Shown here one piece after another: positions 10,220 to 20,321 of a stretch of DNA of 64,000 nucleotides. The position numbers were made by a program, and so were the translations under genes. The stretch covers positions 1-64,000 of the forward strand of contig CAVRBU010000003.1 of the NCBI GenBank assembly GCA_963719315.1, written 5' to 3'. The number at the start of each line of letters is the position of its first letter. Position 1 is the stretch's first letter. The notes below the pieces were generated by a model that was given only the letters and a program-made list of their open reading frames with translations, was not told the DNA's origin and searched no databases. Origin of the DNA: an uncultured Planctomycetota bacterium. Lineage in GTDB: Bacteria > Planctomycetota > Planctomycetia > Pirellulales > Lacipirellulaceae.

Positions 10220-12145
10220 TCAATATTTGGATACCTCAGCAAGTCGAGAATCTGATCCCCTTAGACGTGCTTGAACCTCAGCAGAGTGTAACCATTCAAC
10301 CGTCGGGCTATGCTCGTTTACGTTTTGGCGGAGTGTTCGTCTTGCAGAACTTCCATTGCGAGCCTTACGTTGGCCATTTGCCTTTGCTCCGGCGATACTT
10401 TGCTTGAGCGCTTCCATGAGATTGATAACTTCTGGCTCCTGATCCTCCTCGGGCGGCCGAATATCCACACCTTTCTTTTTGTTTGCGATGGCTTCCTTCA
10501 CTTTTTGATGATACCGATCTTTGTAATCACCCAAATCGAATTTCTCATCATGCCACTTAGCGACCAGATCTTCTGCGAGTCGCAACTTGCTTGCGGTCGT
10601 GCGTGGCCGGGTAAATTCGCGCTTCAGATCAGCTGGTTTACGAATTTCGGCGTCATAGTTAAGCATCGCCATTGTCAGCATTCCGCCGAAGGTTCGTACC
10701 ACAGCCAATTGTTCACGCCCGGAGAAGACTAATTGCCCTATTCCCCACCGCTTCTTTTTCTCCATGGCAGCTTGCAGCAGTGCGTAGGGCTCGCTAGCGC
10801 TTGCAACAGACGGAATCAAATAGTACATTCGACCGTCGAAATAAATTGGGTCGATCTGATCGGCACTGACGAAAGCATCGATCGTCAGTGCTCTTTCCTC
10901 TTGCGTACGAAGCAGGTCCAACTCCTCCTTCTCAAACTCGACGTACTTATCCTTGGCATATTCGTAGCCCTCAACGATTTCGTCATTCGGCACCTCGCCG
11001 TGTTTGGGGCAGACTTTAGCGTAGTGGATCCGTTCATGATCTGGCTCATGGAGCAGATGAAAGTGAACATTCGAGTTCTGTTTGTTTTCGGCGTTCACGG
11101 CCTGAACTTCGAAGGATACAAGTCCAAACCGGAGTTGCCCGCGCCAACTCGCACGAAACTTTGAACGAGATTTAGCACGAAACCTTGAACGAGATTTAGG
11201 ACCTATCCCAAAATTCCACATCGCCTTAAGGCGATGAGGGCGAATTGTAGATGAACGAACCCAAGATAGTTAGCCGCCTTCTTTTCCCAACGGATCAGGA
11301 GCCTGCGGGCGCGGTTGGTCCAAGAATGCGCGGCTTCGACAACCCAGCGTCGAGCTTTGTGGCCGGCGCGACAGCGACGCTGCTCCTCGCCACGGCAGCG
11401 GATGTGAGGCACGTACCCGAAACGATTCGCCGTAGCTGTCGACGGTTCGCCAAAGTATCCCTTGTCGAGACACAGGTGCTGCTTGCGCCGACGGCTGGGT
11501 CGTCGAATCGGGATGGAGCGAAGCGTGTCGCGCAGAAGACGTTGGTCGTGAGCATTGGCGCCGTCAATCGCGACGCCCAGAGGAACGCCGCGGGCGTCGG
11601 TCAAGACCGATCGCTTGACTCCGAGCTTACCTCGATCGGTGGGGTTTTTCCCGGTTTTTTTCCCTCCCAGCGGCGACTTAGTTGTCGCGCCGTCCACCGA
11701 CTGCCAGCGCCAAGCGATGCCGCGCTTCTGATCGTACTTCCCCGCGCCGTTTCCAAAACCGTTGCCAAATACCCAGGCGAGTCCACTCTTGGAAATAGCG
11801 ATGAACGGTACTGGGGCTGCCAAATTGTGGCGGCAGCGCCTTCCACTGGCAGCCGGTGCGCAACAGATAAAGAATGCCGCTGGCAACGGCGCAGATTCGC
11901 GCGGGGTCGCCCAACCTTCGTGGATCGCGGATACTTCGGCAGCAAGGGTTCAAGCTGCCGCCAAAGCTTTTCGGGCATCCAAGCAAATTTGCCCTGCCAA
12001 TCGCAGTGCATGTACACCTCCGTGCAAGCAAAGACGAGATTCGAACGGAAACCATTCCTCACCTTTTCCTACGCACGGAAATAACACCCGTTCACGTATT
12101 TTGGGATAGGTCCTTAGCGGTGCTTCTCTTTTTTTGGGCAGCCAT
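10220..12145 (-). CDS. ku: Ku (NHEJ DNA-end-binding) protein, interrupted at codon 11 by IS5
   Basis: RASWRGQLRFGLV, FHLLH, GYEY, IDPIYF, VINLMEALKQS. Native start MAAQKKRSTAK (12145-12114) lies on the far side of the IS. Confidence 0.93.
11151..11198. repeat. 24-bp tandem duplication in the ku 5' end
   Basis: GCACGAAACTTTGAACGAGATTTA / GCACGAAACCTTGAACGAGATTTA, encoding KSRSRFRA / KSRSKFRA. Confidence 0.9.
11199..12113 (-). mobile_element. IS5-family (IS1031-like) element, copy 1
   Basis: TIR GGACCTATCCCAAAAT; TTA target duplication; two-frame transposase (LRTGCQWKALP, DKGY, RWVVE). Confidence 0.93.
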
Positions 12146-12174
12146 GTCAGAGCCTCGGCTTTTATGGGAGATGC

Positions 12175-14862
12175 TTATCTAAGTGTTTTTAGACGTTTAA
12201 GCATGAGCGCAGTGATCGATTGTTTGGTCGTACGGATGTCCCGCCACGGATCTTTCTTTATTTTTGCAAGCCGAGTGGGAACGTTGTAGATATGGAAGTG
12301 GTCGGATTTAAGGCGCCCTGTAAGCTCGTCCCAACTAATGGGCACGCTCACCGTGGCGCCCGGGCGGTTGCGAGTGGAATATGGGGCGATGGCGGTGGCC
12401 CCTTCATCATTCCGAAGATAGTCAACAAAGATTTTATTCTTTCGAGCAACCTTACTCATCTTCGCGATGTAGCGGTCCGGAGCGGCGGCCACCATGAAGT
12501 CGGCAACGGCCCGGCAAAACGTTTTTGCGTCGGCCCAAGTAATACGCCGCTGAATCGGAACGACAATGTGAAGTCCTTTGCCTCCCGTGGTTTTCAAAAA
12601 CGGCTGAAGTTCCAACTCTTCGAAAAGTAGTCTCATTTCTTTCGCTGCGGTCACTACTTCCGGCCATGAGACTGAAGGGTCTGGGTCTAAGTCGAAAACC
12701 AATCTATCCGGCTTCTCATACTTGTCGGCTTGCGAGCCCCAGATGTGAATTTCGAGAACTCCCATCTGTGCAAGAGCAATGAGTCCAGAAAGGTTGTAAA
12801 GAGCAAGGTGCTCCTCGACTTTGGTTGATTCTTTCACCTTGAATCGCTTAAAGACATCGGATGTACCATCGCCGGGATGTTTCTGGAAGAAACATTTTCC
12901 GCCGCTGCCCGACGGACAGCGAACAAGCGAAAGCAGGCGGTTTTCCACATGGGGAAGCATCCATGTTGCGACTTCCTCGTAGTAATGACATAGATCTACT
13001 TTGGTGACTCCGTCGTCTGGATAAAGAAGTTTATCGGGATGAGAGAGCTTGATCCCGGCAATCGTAGTATTAGCGTCTGCACTCGAAGCGCTTCTCTTCT
13101 TACCAGTCTTCATTTTCTGGGATTTTCTCTGTTGTTTCGCAGCGGCTGCCGACTCAAGGATAGTTTCCGTAATCGCTTCATCTCGAACAACGTTCTTTGC
13201 AGGTTTATCTTCTCTTAAACCTTGAAACGATGGATGGCGAAGTTGTTTTTCGCTTGTCCAATTGGAAAACTCGATTTGAGCGACGAGCGTTGGTCGAAGC
13301 CATGTAACTCCCCGAGCTTGGCCCGTGCGCCCGCGAAGATTTTTAAATGGAGACTTGTCCTGAACCAGACTTTGAAATTTCTCGTACAGGTTCTTAAGCG
13401 TCCTTTCATCGAAGCCCGTGCCCACGCGACCTGCACAGATAAGCTCTCCTGCTTTATTGTGAAAGCCGACGGCCAATGCTCCAAAGTATTTTCGTCCGCC
13501 GCTTGGCTTTGTGTAGCCTCCGATTACGAACTCTTCACGCTTCGAGCATTTCACCTTTAACCAATCGATTCCTCTGCCTTCTACGTAAGGTCGTCCCAGC
13601 CTCTTCGAGATGATTCCTTCTAGTTTGAGTCTTGCGGCTTCTGCAAAGAACTGGGGGCCATTTCCTTTCACGTGGTCACTGTACTTGATTGAACTTTCTT
13701 CATCGGTCGGAATAATTTCTCGCAGAACGGCTTTACGCTCTTCAATGGCTACTTGCCGGATGTCAGTTTCATTCAGATACAATAGGTCAAATACATAATA
13801 GACAAATGGAGCAGCGCCCCCTTCTTGAAAAGCATTCTGAAGCGCTTGAAAGCTTGTCCGCCCCGCTTCATCGACGATCACGATCTCGCCGTCCAAAATT
13901 CCATTTGCAATGGGTAAGGCGGCTATGTGTTTTACGAGGTGTGTAAACTTTTTAGTCCAGTCCTTACCATTTCGGCTTATGAAGCGTGTCTTCCTGTTTC
14001 GGACGTGGCAAAGCATCCGGTAGCCATCGAATTTAATTTCGTGCATCCAGTCGTCGCCTTCGGGAGTTTTTTTGGCGAGTGTCGCAAGCTCAACCTTGGC
14101 AGCCGACGGAAAACTGGACTTTTTGCCGCCGATAGACTTAAGCGCTTTCGCAAGTCTTCGTTTTAATTGAACGGCTGTCGCCATTTGCCTTTTCTTTACG
14201 GCTTTGACTGGCTTTACACGGCCATTTCGCGATAATTTGGCCTTCGCCCGTTCTCGCTTATTCATCTCTCCATTCCGGCCCCAGACGCGGTCCGCCGTTT
14301 CTGCAATTTCGTCCAGGCCTCTACCGGTTGTGACACTCAACGGTTCCTCGTCTTCAATGTCGGAGCCGGGCCGCGAAAACTTATCCCTCTCCTTGAATAG
14401 AAACCAATGCCGTTCCGATTCATCTGCGCGCTTGCCGCCTTTTCGCACGAGCATCCATTTTCCTTGGAGCTTTTTGCCGTGCAGAACAAATTTCAAGCTT
14501 CCGTTTCGATACGCTTTCTCTTCGTCTTCTTCCAGCGGCTCCCAAGTCCCTTTGTCCCATAGCATTACGGTTCCTCCACCGTATTCGCCTTCGGGAATGA
14601 TCCCTTCAAAGTCGCCGTACTCAAGCGGATGATCCTCAACATGCATTGCAAGCCGTTTGTGGACGGGATCAAGTGACGGTCCCTTCGGGACGGCCCAACT
14701 TTTCAAAACACCGCTAATCTCCAGCCGAAAGTCGTAATGAAGATGAGACGCGGCATGTTTCTGGATAACAAACAACAAACCTTGATGCGATTTAACGCGA
14801 CCACCAGGCGGCTCTGAAGTCACTTGAAAGTTCCTTTTGCGGCGATATTCGCTGAGTGCCAT
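12175..14862 (-). CDS. ligD: DNA ligase D (phosphoesterase-ligase-polymerase order)
   Basis: HAASHLHYDFRLE (PE domain), EIKFDGYR (ligase KxDG), FDLDP and KGLH (primase-polymerase). Confidence 0.97.
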   Translation of the reverse strand: MALSEYRRKRNFQVTSEPPGGRVKSHQGLLFVIQKHAASHLHYDFRLEISGVLKSWAVPKGPSLDPVHKRLAMHVEDHPLEYGDFEGIIPEGEYGGGTVMLWDKGTWEPLEEDEEKAYRNGSLKFVLHGKKLQGKWMLVRKGGKRADESERHWFLFKERDKFSRPGSDIEDEEPLSVTTGRGLDEIAETADRVWGRNGEMNKRERAKAKLSRNGRVKPVKAVKKRQMATAVQLKRRLAKALKSIGGKKSSFPSAAKVELATLAKKTPEGDDWMHEIKFDGYRMLCHVRNRKTRFISRNGKDWTKKFTHLVKHIAALPIANGILDGEIVIVDEAGRTSFQALQNAFQEGGAAPFVYYVFDLLYLNETDIRQVAIEERKAVLREIIPTDEESSIKYSDHVKGNGPQFFAEAARLKLEGIISKRLGRPYVEGRGIDWLKVKCSKREEFVIGGYTKPSGGRKYFGALAVGFHNKAGELICAGRVGTGFDERTLKNLYEKFQSLVQDKSPFKNLRGRTGQARGVTWLRPTLVAQIEFSNWTSEKQLRHPSFQGLREDKPAKNVVRDEAITETILESAAAAKQQRKSQKMKTGKKRSASSADANTTIAGIKLSHPDKLLYPDDGVTKVDLCHYYEEVATWMLPHVENRLLSLVRCPSGSGGKCFFQKHPGDGTSDVFKRFKVKESTKVEEHLALYNLSGLIALAQMGVLEIHIWGSQADKYEKPDRLVFDLDPDPSVSWPEVVTAAKEMRLLFEELELQPFLKTTGGKGLHIVVPIQRRITWADAKTFCRAVADFMVAAAPDRYIAKMSKVARKNKIFVDYLRNDEGATAIAPYSTRNRPGATVSVPISWDELTGRLKSDHFHIYNVPTRLAKIKKDPWRDIRTTKQSITALMLKRLKTLR

Positions 14863-14933
14863 CGTTCGTCACCTCATTTACTCACGCACTTGAAGCGGGG
14901 AGCGCGAGTTGCTCTATACCGAAAAATAACTTA

Positions 14934-15854
14934 GGACCTATCCCAAAATTCCACATCTCCTTAAGGCGATGAGGGCGAATTGTAGATGAACGAACCCAAG
15001 ATAGTTAGCCGCCTTCTTTTCCCAACGGATCAGGAGCCTGCGGGCGCGGTTGGTCCAAGAATGCGCGGCTTCGACAACCCAGCGTCGAGCTTTGTGGCCG
15101 GCGCGACAGCGACGCTGCTCCTCGCCACGGCAGCGGATGTGAGGCACGTACCCGAAACGATTCGCCGTAGCTGTCGACGGTTCGCCAAAGTATCCCTTGT
15201 CGAGACACAGGTGCTGCTTGCGCCGACGGCTGGGTCGTCGAATCGGGATGGAGCGAAGCGTGTCGCGCAGAAGACGTTGGTCGTGAGCATTGGCGCCGTC
15301 AATCGCGACGCCCAGAGGAACGCCGCGGGCGTCGGTCAAGACCGATCGCTTGACTCCGAGCTTACCTCGATCGGTGGGGTTTTTCCCGGTTTTTTTCCCC
15401 TCCCAGCGGCGACTTAGTTGTCGCGCCGTCCACCGACTGCCAGCGCCAAGCGATGCCGCGCTTCTGATCGTACTTCCCCAGCGCCCGTTTCCAAAACCGT
15501 TGCCAAATACCCAGGCGAGTCCACTCTTGGAAATAGCGATGAACGGTACTGGGGCTGCCAAATTGTGGCGGCAGCGCCTTCCACTGGCAGCCGGTGCGCA
15601 ACAGATAAAGAATGCCGCTGGCAACGGTGCGGCAGATTCGCGCGGGGTCGCCCAACCTTCGTGGATCGCGGATACTTCGGCAGCAAGGGTTCAAGCTGCC
15701 GCCAAAGCTTTTCGGGCATCCAAGCAAATTTGCCCTGCCAATCGCAGTGCATGTACACCTCCGTGCAAGCAAAGACGAGATTCGAACGGAAACCATTCCT
15801 CACCTTTTCCTACGCACGGAAATAACACCCGTTCACGTATTTTGGGATAGGTCC
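14934..15854 (-). mobile_element. IS5-family element, copy 2
   Basis: Near-identical to copy 1; same TIRs; TTA duplication (14931-14933, 15855-15857). Confidence 0.93.
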
Positions 15855-15856
15855 TT

Positions 15857-15872
15857 AGCAAACGTTGCGCCG
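15857..15872 (-). promoter_or_regulatory. Sigma54-type promoter candidate for ligD-ku, now separated from it by IS5
   Basis: Minus strand CGGCGCAACGTTTGCT(AA); ~70 nt from the ligD ATG once the IS is removed. Confidence 0.65.
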
Positions 15873-15951
15873 CAGAATGACGCTACATGTCCGGAATCGC
15901 TACCTGATCCGCGCGGGGGATGAAAAGGGTCGCAGGAATGCCACGACTCGC

Positions 15952-16830
15952 CTAAGCGGCCGATACGTCGCCGCCAAGGAGTGTTAGAACTTCGCCCGTT
16001 ACATAGCTTGAATCGGCATTCGAAGCAAAAAAAACGTACGCCGGTGCAATTTCCTCCGGCTGGGCAGGGCGCTTCAGCGGAGTGTCCGCCCCAAACGTTT
16101 TTGTATCTTCTTCGCTCCGCTCCGCCGGATTGAGCGGGGTCCAAACAGGACCTGGCCCCACGCAGTTAACGCGAATACCTTTCTTAACGAGGCTTTGGGC
16201 CAGAGACTTAGTAAACGCGTGAATTGCGCCTTTTGTCGCCGAGTAATCGAGTAGCTCTGGAGAACCTTCGAGCCCTGTGATCGACCCTGTGTTAATGATC
16301 ACGGAACCCTTTTTCAGATGAGGCACGGCTGCCTTCACCATGTGAAAATATCCGTAGATATTGGTCTTAAAGGTTTGGTCCCATTGCTCGAGTGAAATGT
16401 CGTCAATACCGACTTGATGTTTTTGAAAGGCGGCGTTGTTCACGAGGATATCAAGCTGGCCAAAGCGGTTGACGGTTAGTTCTACGACATCTTCGCACCA
16501 ACCCGGGTTGCGTATGTCCCCAGCCATGCAAATGGCCTCCCGTCCTTGCGCCTCAATTGCCTTGAGAGTCTCGTCGGCATCAGGTTTTTCTTGAGGCAAA
16601 TACGTGAAAGCCACGTGGGCTCCCTCCTTGGCGAAAAGAACCGCCACGCTTCTTCCGATACCCGAGTCTCCACCGGTGATGAGCGCAACGTGCCCTTCCA
16701 GCTTCCCCGCCGCGCGATACGCAGATCCCTTGTATCGCGGGCGGGGAGACATATCCCTTTCAAGCCCCGGCGGTGGCCCAGTGTCCTGAGCCGGAAAAGG
16801 AGGTCTGGGCTGAGTCTTGCTCGTACCCAT
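15952..16830 (-). CDS. SDR oxidoreductase (general stress protein 39 / YdaD-YhdF-like)
   Basis: ITGGDSGIG, NNA, YSATK motifs; typical N-terminal PPFPAQ..PG extension. Confidence 0.93.
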   Translation of the reverse strand: MGTSKTQPRPPFPAQDTGPPPGLERDMSPRPRYKGSAYRAAGKLEGHVALITGGDSGIGRSVAVLFAKEGAHVAFTYLPQEKPDADETLKAIEAQGREAICMAGDIRNPGWCEDVVELTVNRFGQLDILVNNAAFQKHQVGIDDISLEQWDQTFKTNIYGYFHMVKAAVPHLKKGSVIINTGSITGLEGSPELLDYSATKGAIHAFTKSLAQSLVKKGIRVNCVGPGPVWTPLNPAERSEEDTKTFGADTPLKRPAQPEEIAPAYVFFASNADSSYVTGEVLTLLGGDVSAA

Positions 16831-16892
16831 TGAAAACTCGCTGACTATAAACTGCGAGAGAAATGGTTCAAGGTTCTAACGCCTATCGTCGC

Positions 16893-17126
16893 TTAACGCG
16901 CGGGTGTGGCCGTGGGCGGCTTGGCACTTGAACCAATTCCTCTCGCCGGCATTCCTTCCATATAGCGATTGCAGCCGCTATTTCCGGTAACCCGAAGTTT
17001 AAATGGCTGCAACTTTTCCTCGATGCACAACCCTGCTGTCAGGTTTTCTACCTCAGCATCTGGTTCGATTTGCCACCATTTGCAAGAAACACAGAGTCCC
17101 CAGGACGTGCTAGCCTTTTCACTCAT
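16893..17126 (-). CDS. 77-aa four-cysteine protein (HiPIP-like or Zn-binding)
   Basis: GAGGTG RBS; C12-x2-C15-x18-C34-x17-C52; lies within the stress operon. Confidence 0.7.
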   Translation of the reverse strand: MSEKASTSWGLCVSCKWWQIEPDAEVENLTAGLCIEEKLQPFKLRVTGNSGCNRYMEGMPARGIGSSAKPPTATPAR

Positions 17127-17145
17127 ATGGCACCTCAAATCACCG

Positions 17146-17700
17146 CTAGGCATGAACGGTGCGTCGCTTCGCCTTCTTCTTGGTTCTGCTGGGGCCTTCG
17201 TCTTCCCCGTCATTTTCATTTGCCTCGACATTAATGCCTTCAGCAAGTTTCGTAAGGGCTTTATCCGTGTCCGCCTCTTCATCCAACGTCTGCTGCAAAA
17301 GCTTGGCTGCTTTATCATTACCAAGAAGCTTGGCGTAAGTGCGGACACAACCGTAACCTGCGATCTCGTAGTGCTCAACGCGCTGCGCCGCGGCAATCAG
17401 CGCAGCATCTTTTACTTCAGGCACTGCCTTCTCTTCAATGACCTCCGAGCCTTCCTCCACAAGACCTTCCATCGCCTTGCACTTTTTGCCTTTCGGTGAC
17501 ACATCAAGCTCTTCAAAAATCTGTTCGAGCCTTTCGACTTGCCCCTCGGTTTGCTTCAGGTGCTTTTCGAAGCCTGCCTTCAAAGCCTTGGAGCTAGCCG
17601 CCTTTGCCATTTTCGGAATGGCCCTCAAGAGCTGTGTTTCGGCGTTGTAAAGGTCTTTTAGTTCATTTACAAACAAGTCTTCCAGTGAAGAAAGTTCCAT
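17146..17700 (-). CDS. yciF: Ferritin-like YciF/DUF892 protein
   Basis: ELKDLYNAE, HLKQT, AAQRVEHYEIAGYG, TLDEE motifs. Confidence 0.93.
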   Translation of the reverse strand: MELSSLEDLFVNELKDLYNAETQLLRAIPKMAKAASSKALKAGFEKHLKQTEGQVERLEQIFEELDVSPKGKKCKAMEGLVEEGSEVIEEKAVPEVKDAALIAAAQRVEHYEIAGYGCVRTYAKLLGNDKAAKLLQQTLDEEADTDKALTKLAEGINVEANENDGEDEGPSRTKKKAKRRTVHA

Positions 17701-17759
17701 TGAAATTTATCTCCGCTTCAGGTTTCAGAAATTGTTTTCAAAAAACGGCTACGGGCAAG

Positions 17760-17933
17760 CTATTCTTTCCCTTCCACAACTTTCTTCGTTTTATCGACCA
17801 CCTTTTCAACGGCTTCTTTTACCTTGCCAGCCGCCTGGTCGGTTTTGCCTTCGCGGCGAAGGTTATTATTATCGGTAATGGCGCCCGCCGCTTCTTTGAC
17901 TCGGCCTTTCACTTGGTCAGTCTTGCCAGCCAT
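17760..17933 (-). CDS. csbD: CsbD-family stress protein (57 aa, absent from the ORF track)
   Basis: MAGKTDQVKGRVKEAAGAITDNNNLRREGKTDQAAGKVKEAVEKVVD; AAGGAG RBS. Confidence 0.92.
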   Translation of the reverse strand: MAGKTDQVKGRVKEAAGAITDNNNLRREGKTDQAAGKVKEAVEKVVDKTKKVVEGKE

Positions 17934-17989
17934 AGTCGTGCTCCTTTTCGTGAGTATTGATGCGTCAGTTCACTAGTCGCACCCCGCAA

Positions 17990-18005
17990 TGCAAAGGTCG
18001 TGCCG
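17990..18005 (-). promoter_or_regulatory. Sigma54-type promoter candidate for the csbD operon
   Basis: CGGCACGACCTTTGCA, nearly consensus, ~57 nt before the csbD ATG. Confidence 0.75.
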
Positions 18006-18873
18006 CTCTCGTGGCCCTTCGGAGCTTGTGAGCGGCTACCAAATCCGTGAGCGGAGCGTTATCGCGCCGACTTTGCTCCCGCTCTCATTTTTCTCAGGAG
18101 ACATCTTGGCGGAATGCCGTTTGCTTTTGACGGCCAACCAGACGCGACGAGCGGCATAGCTCTATTTAGAGTTGACAAACACACGATCAATTTGGTCGCT
18201 CGTTAACCACCGAACAGCGTCATATTTGGAAGAGAAAGGCGGTTCCTGTGCAATGTCTTGAATCTACCTCACGCACGTGTGAGGCCTTCGCGGCAGACTG
18301 CGTCAGCCGCGATAAAGAGCTTGAATGCAATAGGCGCGGTGCCGAAACTTGGTACCTCGTCACACTTTTTTGCGAAAGTTGCAATCTAAAGAGTTCGTTG
18401 TTCGCCACGAATATCCTTCTAAAGGAGTGTTATTGTGGCCGCTGTGGTAGCGGACTACGGTGCGCTGTCGAATCATAAATATCTGCTACGCATAAGGCGC
18501 GGAAGTGGTTGGGTCTTATTGAATTCGCACAGGATTTTGCCCTCCAGGGGAACTATTTCAGGGACGGCACCAAAAAGGCAGCAACCGAAGACTCGGAGGA
18601 ATCGGTGTCGCTGCTCAAAGTACTTTTTCGTGTCGCGTAAATCGTGGCTTTTTATGGGCACGCTGGCGAGTCTTGGCAACTAAATTTCAGAAGTCGCAAT
18701 ATTTATTTCGTGCGATCGGACAAATTGCGGTTTCGGTCGTCCTAGTCTCACATCTTCCGCAGTGCTAGCAACGACCAGGCAGGTCGCGAACCTGCCAGAA
18801 TGCCGCATCATGTTGATCAAATCCCAGCGATTCTTGAGCGTCAAATGCAAGCTCCGCGACAACTTTTCGCCCC

Positions 18874-18889
18874 TGGCGCAGTAAGTGCT
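18874..18889 (+). promoter_or_regulatory. Sigma54-type promoter candidate for the second ku
   Basis: TGGCGCAGTAAGTGCT, ~50 nt before ATG 18940. Confidence 0.6.
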
Positions 18890-18939
18890 AGCATGGACCG
18901 ATGTATCCCTATACTACCTCGTGTCTCGGTGAGGCAACA

Positions 18940-19800
18940 ATGTTTCGCGCTAGCTGGTCCGGTTCAATTCGATTGAGTTTGGTCACTGTGCCGGTTCAAG
19001 GATTTACCGCAATTGAATTTGAAAAGGATCGCATATCACTCAACCAACTACACGAAGAATGTCATAGCCGGATCAGATACAAGAAGACATGCCCAATCCA
19101 CGGCGAAGTACCGAACGATGAAATCATCATGGGATACGAGTACGGCCCTGATCAATATGCCATCATCGACCCTGCCGAAATCAACCAACTTAGGTCCGAG
19201 CGGGACCGCGCGGTTAACGTCGACAAGTTCGTGCTTCCCTCTGAAATCGATCCGATCTATTTCTCTGGCCAAACCTATTACTTATTGCCTGACGGCAAGC
19301 AAGCCCAAAAGCCGTACGCGGTCCTACAACAAGCAATGTCCAACGAAAAAGTAGTTGGCCTGGCACAGGTTGTAATTTCAAACAGGGAGCAACTTGTTGT
19401 GTTGAGGCCGGTTGGCCGGTTACTCTCAGTTTCCGTTTTGCACTACGATGCTGCCGTTCGACCGGCCGCCTCGTTCGAAAAAAATCTTGGTGATGCAGAG
19501 GTCTCTCCGCAGGAACTCAAACTGGCAAAGACATTGATTGACGTCTCCATTGATAAGCATGCCCAAATGGATGAATTCCGCAACCTTTATAATGAGCGAC
19601 TAGAAGTTTTGGTCCAATCGAAAATCGCTGGCCATGAGGTCGCGCGACCGCCAGTTGACGAGAGCGGTCCACCCGTCATTAACCTCATGGATGCACTAAA
19701 GGCGAGCCTTGCCAAGAAAGCGCCCAGGCGGCCGGGCTCTGGCAAGGTAACGCCAGAGTCACGCATTAAACGTCCGACGAAACGTCGCAAGCTTGGTTGA
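18940..19800 (+). CDS. ku: Second Ku protein (intact)
   Basis: FRASWSGSIRLSLVTVPV, LNQLH, GYEY, IDPIYF, VINLMDALKAS; basic C-terminal tail; GAGG RBS. Confidence 0.95.
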   Translation: MFRASWSGSIRLSLVTVPVQGFTAIEFEKDRISLNQLHEECHSRIRYKKTCPIHGEVPNDEIIMGYEYGPDQYAIIDPAEINQLRSERDRAVNVDKFVLPSEIDPIYFSGQTYYLLPDGKQAQKPYAVLQQAMSNEKVVGLAQVVISNREQLVVLRPVGRLLSVSVLHYDAAVRPAASFEKNLGDAEVSPQELKLAKTLIDVSIDKHAQMDEFRNLYNERLEVLVQSKIAGHEVARPPVDESGPPVINLMDALKASLAKKAPRRPGSGKVTPESRIKRPTKRRKLG

Positions 19801-19973
19801 CGTTGGCGTTATTGTTGTGCCGCCCGCGCACGAGCCCTGCTTTCCAACTTATATATTATTAAGGGAAGACGAGGCACCGAGATTCTTTTCGGCTATAAAC
19901 TGCACGGAGGATGAACCACAATCTCGTCCCTAAGGTTTGTCGAACTCGTCCCCTCGCGCGTGTGGCCGGTCAA

Positions 19974-20073
19974 GGGAGCCCGTAATGACAGACAGCGCCA
20001 TACCGTAGCCGAGCCAGCTTTTGCCGATCTTGCTGGTCGAGATGACATTGCAAGTCTCGCCTTAGCGGCGACG
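19974..20073 (-). pseudogene. Short relic of an AAA/RepA-like P-loop ATPase
   Basis: Translates RRR*GETCNVISTSKIGKSWLGYGMALSVITGS (Walker A-like, in-frame stop). Confidence 0.45.
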
Positions 20074-20321
20074 CGACGGCGGCATAGTATCAGTCAGCCG
20101 CTCGTGCGGCTGTGATTTTTCGCGACTGTCACCACGGGCCCCCGCGTAGTAAGGGCTGCAATATTGCGCACCTGCGCACCCAATTCGACGCCATCGCATT
20201 GACAGAGTCTGTTATGGGTTTCCTTCCCCATACCAGTGTGAGCGTTGCAACCGTGGCATCTTGCACAGCGTGGTAAACTGGTGGAGTTCATGATATTCCT
20301 CAGACCATTGCGAGATACAAG

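Noticed and set aside
11196..15857. ligD as cargo of a composite IS5 transposon
   Set aside because: Each IS has its own TTA duplication and removing both restores a continuous promoter-ligD-ku locus, so these are independent insertions (future co-mobilisation remains possible).
16893..17396. 167-aa ORF overlapping yciF
   Set aside because: The upstream part is an alternate frame of yciF; the RBS supports a start at 17126.
18110..18125. Extra GG-N10-GC box (CGGAATGCCGTTTGCT)
   Set aside because: No convincing gene downstream, so it was not counted in the regulon. It also shows such boxes can occur by chance.
20149..20160. GTAAGGGCTGCA as the IS66 left end
   Set aside because: No matching right end; the true TIR pair with an 8-bp TSD starts at 20238.
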